This document shows, one piece after another, positions 61,413-64,000 of a stretch of DNA of 64,000 nucleotides. The DNA comes from Vulcanimicrobiota bacterium (GTDB lineage: Bacteria > Vulcanimicrobiota > Xenobia > Xenobiales > JADMJV01), in assembly GCA_050250895.1 (NCBI GenBank), contig JBFWNU010000001.1, positions 2,628,891 to 2,692,890 on the forward strand, written 5' to 3'. Position 1 is the stretch's first letter. Each line of letters starts with the position of its first letter. Both the position numbers and the translations under genes were made by a program. The notes under the pieces are model-generated. The model made no database searches. It was not told the origin of the DNA and was given only the letters and a program-made list of their open reading frames with translations.

Positions 61413-62596
61413 TTGTAACCGTAGCCCGGCCAGAAGCACTCTTCCGAGCTGACGTGAGGGATGATGCGCCAGAACGAGCCGGCTTTGGTGGATAGCCAGA
61501 TGATGACGTCGGTGCCGTCGTCGATGGCCACCATGCCACAGGGGTAGTCGGATTGGATCTTACCGTCGGCGTGCTCGGATGGAAGCCAGGCGGAGGCCAC
61601 CGGATCGAAATAGTGGATTTTCTTCGAAGTGATCACCACCACTTCGTCTCCGTCGGGATAGACAGCGATGCCCTCGGGCTTCTTCATCCCCGGGTCTTGA
61701 TAGAGCGTCGGATCCCAGCTGTCAGTGGCGGGGTAGTAGCGGCGGATACCGCGATTCTCGGTGTCGGCCACCCACACTTCCGAGCCATCGGCCACGATGG
61801 CCACGCCTTTGGGATGGTTGAGGGGGGCGGCCGCACACTTCTTCCACGCCAGAGTGTTGGTGTCGAATTCCCACAGCTGGTTGCCAGCGGCGTCGGCCAC
61901 GTAGACATGCTTGAGCAACTCATCGGCGGCGATGCCGGTGATTTCGACTACACCCCCGGGCTTGCGCGGGTCGGTCCAGTTCGCCAGAGGGTTGGTCAGG
62001 TCCAGCGAGCGAAGCCCCTGAGCGTTGGTGTCGACCGCCCACAGCTTGGACATCGTCTTGTCTGCGGCCATATCGCCTGGGCGTCCGCCGGGCATCTGAG
62101 GCGGCGAGGTGAACATCTGGCCGGTGGGGTGGTTCCACAGGCACGGACCCGACTGGTCGGCCAGGCTCACCAGGGCCTTCTTGCCGTTCTGCCAGGCCGC
62201 CGTCCCATAGTAGGGATCATAAGCCTTGCGCAAAGTCTGGACTTTGGTCTTGAAGCCGGACGGGCCGATGATGGTCACTTCGAGCACCCGTAACTCGGGG
62301 TCGGGAGTGCCGTCGCCGTCGAAGTCGCCGGGATTGATCACGTCGACTTCATAGGTATACTCGGAGAACTGACCCGAGAAGCTCGAGGAAGTGGCCGTCA
62401 GCTGATCGAGCGGCATGGCCAGGATCCTCTCCATCGTGCTCTGCTTCAAGAAGTTGGCCACCGACAGCTGGCGGGCGCGACCCGACGAGGAAGTGGCCGA
62501 GGCGAACAGTCCGAGCAAGAAGGAGATGGAAAGGAACGCGATGGACATCGCCACCAGCAGTTCCAGGAACGTCAAGCCTCGCTTGCGTTGTCTCAT
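61409..62596 (-). CDS. Pilin-like protein fused to an NHL/beta-propeller domain
   Basis: KRG|LTFLELLVAM; DFDGDG loop; repeats PGDMAAD, ITGIAAD..VYVAD, PKGVAI..VWVAD, PEGIAV. Confidence 0.78.
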   Translation of the reverse strand: MRQRKRGLTFLELLVAMSIAFLSISFLLGLFASATSSSGRARQLSVANFLKQSTMERILAMPLDQLTATSSSFSGQFSEYTYEVDVINPGDFDGDGTPDPELRVLEVTIIGPSGFKTKVQTLRKAYDPYYGTAAWQNGKKALVSLADQSGPCLWNHPTGQMFTSPPQMPGGRPGDMAADKTMSKLWAVDTNAQGLRSLDLTNPLANWTDPRKPGGVVEITGIAADELLKHVYVADAAGNQLWEFDTNTLAWKKCAAAPLNHPKGVAIVADGSEVWVADTENRGIRRYYPATDSWDPTLYQDPGMKKPEGIAVYPDGDEVVVITSKKIHYFDPVASAWLPSEHADGKIQSDYPCGMVAIDDGTDVIIWLSTKAGSFWRIIPHVSSEECFWPGYGYN

Positions 62597-63168
62597 AGCT
62601 TCTTCACCCTAACATCGAGATTAGGAGAGATGTTGACATCGTTGATTTTCAGCGCGACCTGGAGCATCTGCACGCCGAAGGTGGTGGACGGGTCTATGTA
62701 CGAAAGCGAGAAGGACTCGACATTTTGAGCCAGGGTCCTGGTCTCGAGGGGAGTGTGGGTGGTCGCATCGCCCAGGTCGAAACTGGTCGAATAGAGGCTG
62801 CGAATGATTCGTTGGTTCTGGTCATCGTAGCTGAGCCCAACCACGATATCGGCGTTGGTGGCCGCGTTGAAGCGGCGGAAGATGAAAGGCTTGTCGGTAA
62901 CACCGGGAGTGTAGGGGCTGCCCGAAACAAAGGCGGGGAGGGCCGGATCGGGCGCATACATCTTCTGGCACATGCGCAGTTCGCGGCCGACCCACTCGAG
63001 GCTGTTCACCGCTCGTCGAAAGTCCTGCGTCTTTTTGCTGGTCACGGCCTGATTGCGATAGGCCAACACCACGGCATGAGCCACCATGGAGGAGAAGATG
63101 GCCAGCACTCCCGCCACGATGAGAATCTCTATCAGGGTCATGCCCTGTTTGCTACTGGCTGGCGTCAT
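62593..63168 (-). CDS. Type IV pilin / pseudopilin (PilW-like)
   Basis: KQG|MTLIEILIVA. Confidence 0.8.
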   Translation of the reverse strand: MTPASSKQGMTLIEILIVAGVLAIFSSMVAHAVVLAYRNQAVTSKKTQDFRRAVNSLEWVGRELRMCQKMYAPDPALPAFVSGSPYTPGVTDKPFIFRRFNAATNADIVVGLSYDDQNQRIIRSLYSTSFDLGDATTHTPLETRTLAQNVESFSLSYIDPSTTFGVQMLQVALKINDVNISPNLDVRVKKL

Positions 63169-63541
63169 ACAGTTTGGAGAAATCCCCCTGAGGAGCTACC
63201 AGGGTTCTTTCCGACACCGTGTCTCCAGAGGAATTGACCAAAAATCCTTTGGAACGAACGGTGCCATCGGCTTCAACGGTGACTTCGAAACGATCGTGCG
63301 GGTCTCCGGGTGGCATGGAAAACACCTGGGGTGACCCGGGAGTGAACGAACTGGGGCGGGCTCGGTAATATTCGATCCCGGAAATGGCCAAATAATAGGC
63401 CTCGGTAGAATTGTTCTGTTGGCCCGCAAAACGATAGTCTTGCTCGGTAAAGGTGAGAAATGCGAGCCCCAGGACTAACAGGAAGATGGCCAGCAACAGC
63501 GCCGTGATCATTGCGATCCCTCTGCGCTTGTGCTTCTTCAT
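63152..63541 (-). CDS. PilX-like minor pilin
   Basis: RRG|IAMITALL (no Glu5), AYYLAISGIEY. Confidence 0.75.
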   Translation of the reverse strand: MKKHKRRGIAMITALLLAIFLLVLGLAFLTFTEQDYRFAGQQNNSTEAYYLAISGIEYYRARPSSFTPGSPQVFSMPPGDPHDRFEVTVEADGTVRSKGFLVNSSGDTVSERTLVAPQGDFSKLYDASQ

Positions 63542-64000
63542 CCCCCGAATTTACCTAGAATAGAGTAAATCGGTAGAAACAGCCCCACGCATGTTGCACC
63601 CATCACAATTCCCATGATAGCAATCATGATCGGTTCCAGCAAGTTAACTGCCTGAGAAAGTTGCAAATCGTTCTGTAATTGGATAAACTGGCAAGTTTGC
63701 TGGAGCGACTCGGACATCTGGCCGACCTGCTCGCCGACCAGTAACATCGACTCGACGATCGGCGGGAAATAAGGGATTGCCGAGATCGCCTCGGAGAGCG
63801 AGCCCAGCTCGTACAGGCGTGCACTCACCTCGGCGATATCTTTGCGATAAGTCTTGAACGGGGCGGTGGCCTCGAGCATATCGAGGCCTCGAGTGATGGC
63901 GATACCGTCGCGATGGATGGCCGCCATCACGTCGAGGAAATCGACGCACAGGATGTTGCCGATGAGCTTGCGGCTCCACTTGACCTCGAGGGCCCGGTCG
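63538..64000 (-). CDS. pilC: PilC/GspF platform protein, C-terminal part (begins beyond the right edge)
   Basis: GSLSEAI, FPPIVESMLLVGEQVG, LLEPIMI, LFLPIY; frame is open to the window edge. Confidence 0.85.
   Translation of the reverse strand, partial: DRALEVKWSRKLIGNILCVDFLDVMAAIHRDGIAITRGLDMLEATAPFKTYRKDIAEVSARLYELGSLSEAISAIPYFPPIVESMLLVGEQVGQMSESLQQTCQFIQLQNDLQLSQAVNLLEPIMIAIMGIVMGATCVGLFLPIYSILGKFGG

Overview
This is a GC-rich bacterial chromosomal window with no phage, IS/integrase or CRISPR signal. The 16S and gene content tentatively suggest Ca. Eremiobacterota/WPS-2 (Xenobia-like); that is an inference and needs a 16S search. The window holds one complete tRNA-less 16S-23S-5S operon with tandem sigma70 promoters, several signalling genes (REC-HPt-REC-REC-GGDEF, FHA-GGDEF, an H-NOX/kinase operon behind a sigma28-like promoter, PilZ, a receptor-type Ser/Thr kinase), an IorAB-type molybdoenzyme with XdhC, and a Czc-type RND efflux operon. 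It also holds a C30-carotenoid-type crtN-aldH-crtP-MMPL operon, VapBC and decayed MazEF toxin-antitoxin loci, two type IV pilin clusters and many lineage-specific hypothetical genes. The best leads are: (1) a Cys-rich upstream ORF ending in RGPP whose Pro-Pro and stop codons pair with the Shine-Dalgarno of the metal-efflux operon, a candidate metal-sensing ribosome-arrest attenuator; (2) an unannotated ~205-260 nt structured RNA-like element at 18.74-19.0 kb; (3) a permuted dikinase + MFS + prenyltransferase-repeat lipoprotein operon; (4) candidate exported effectors without Sec signals; (5) repeated leaderless promoter architecture and strong CTCGAG enrichment. Several starts were re-called from SD, overlap or promoter evidence and differ from the ORF track.
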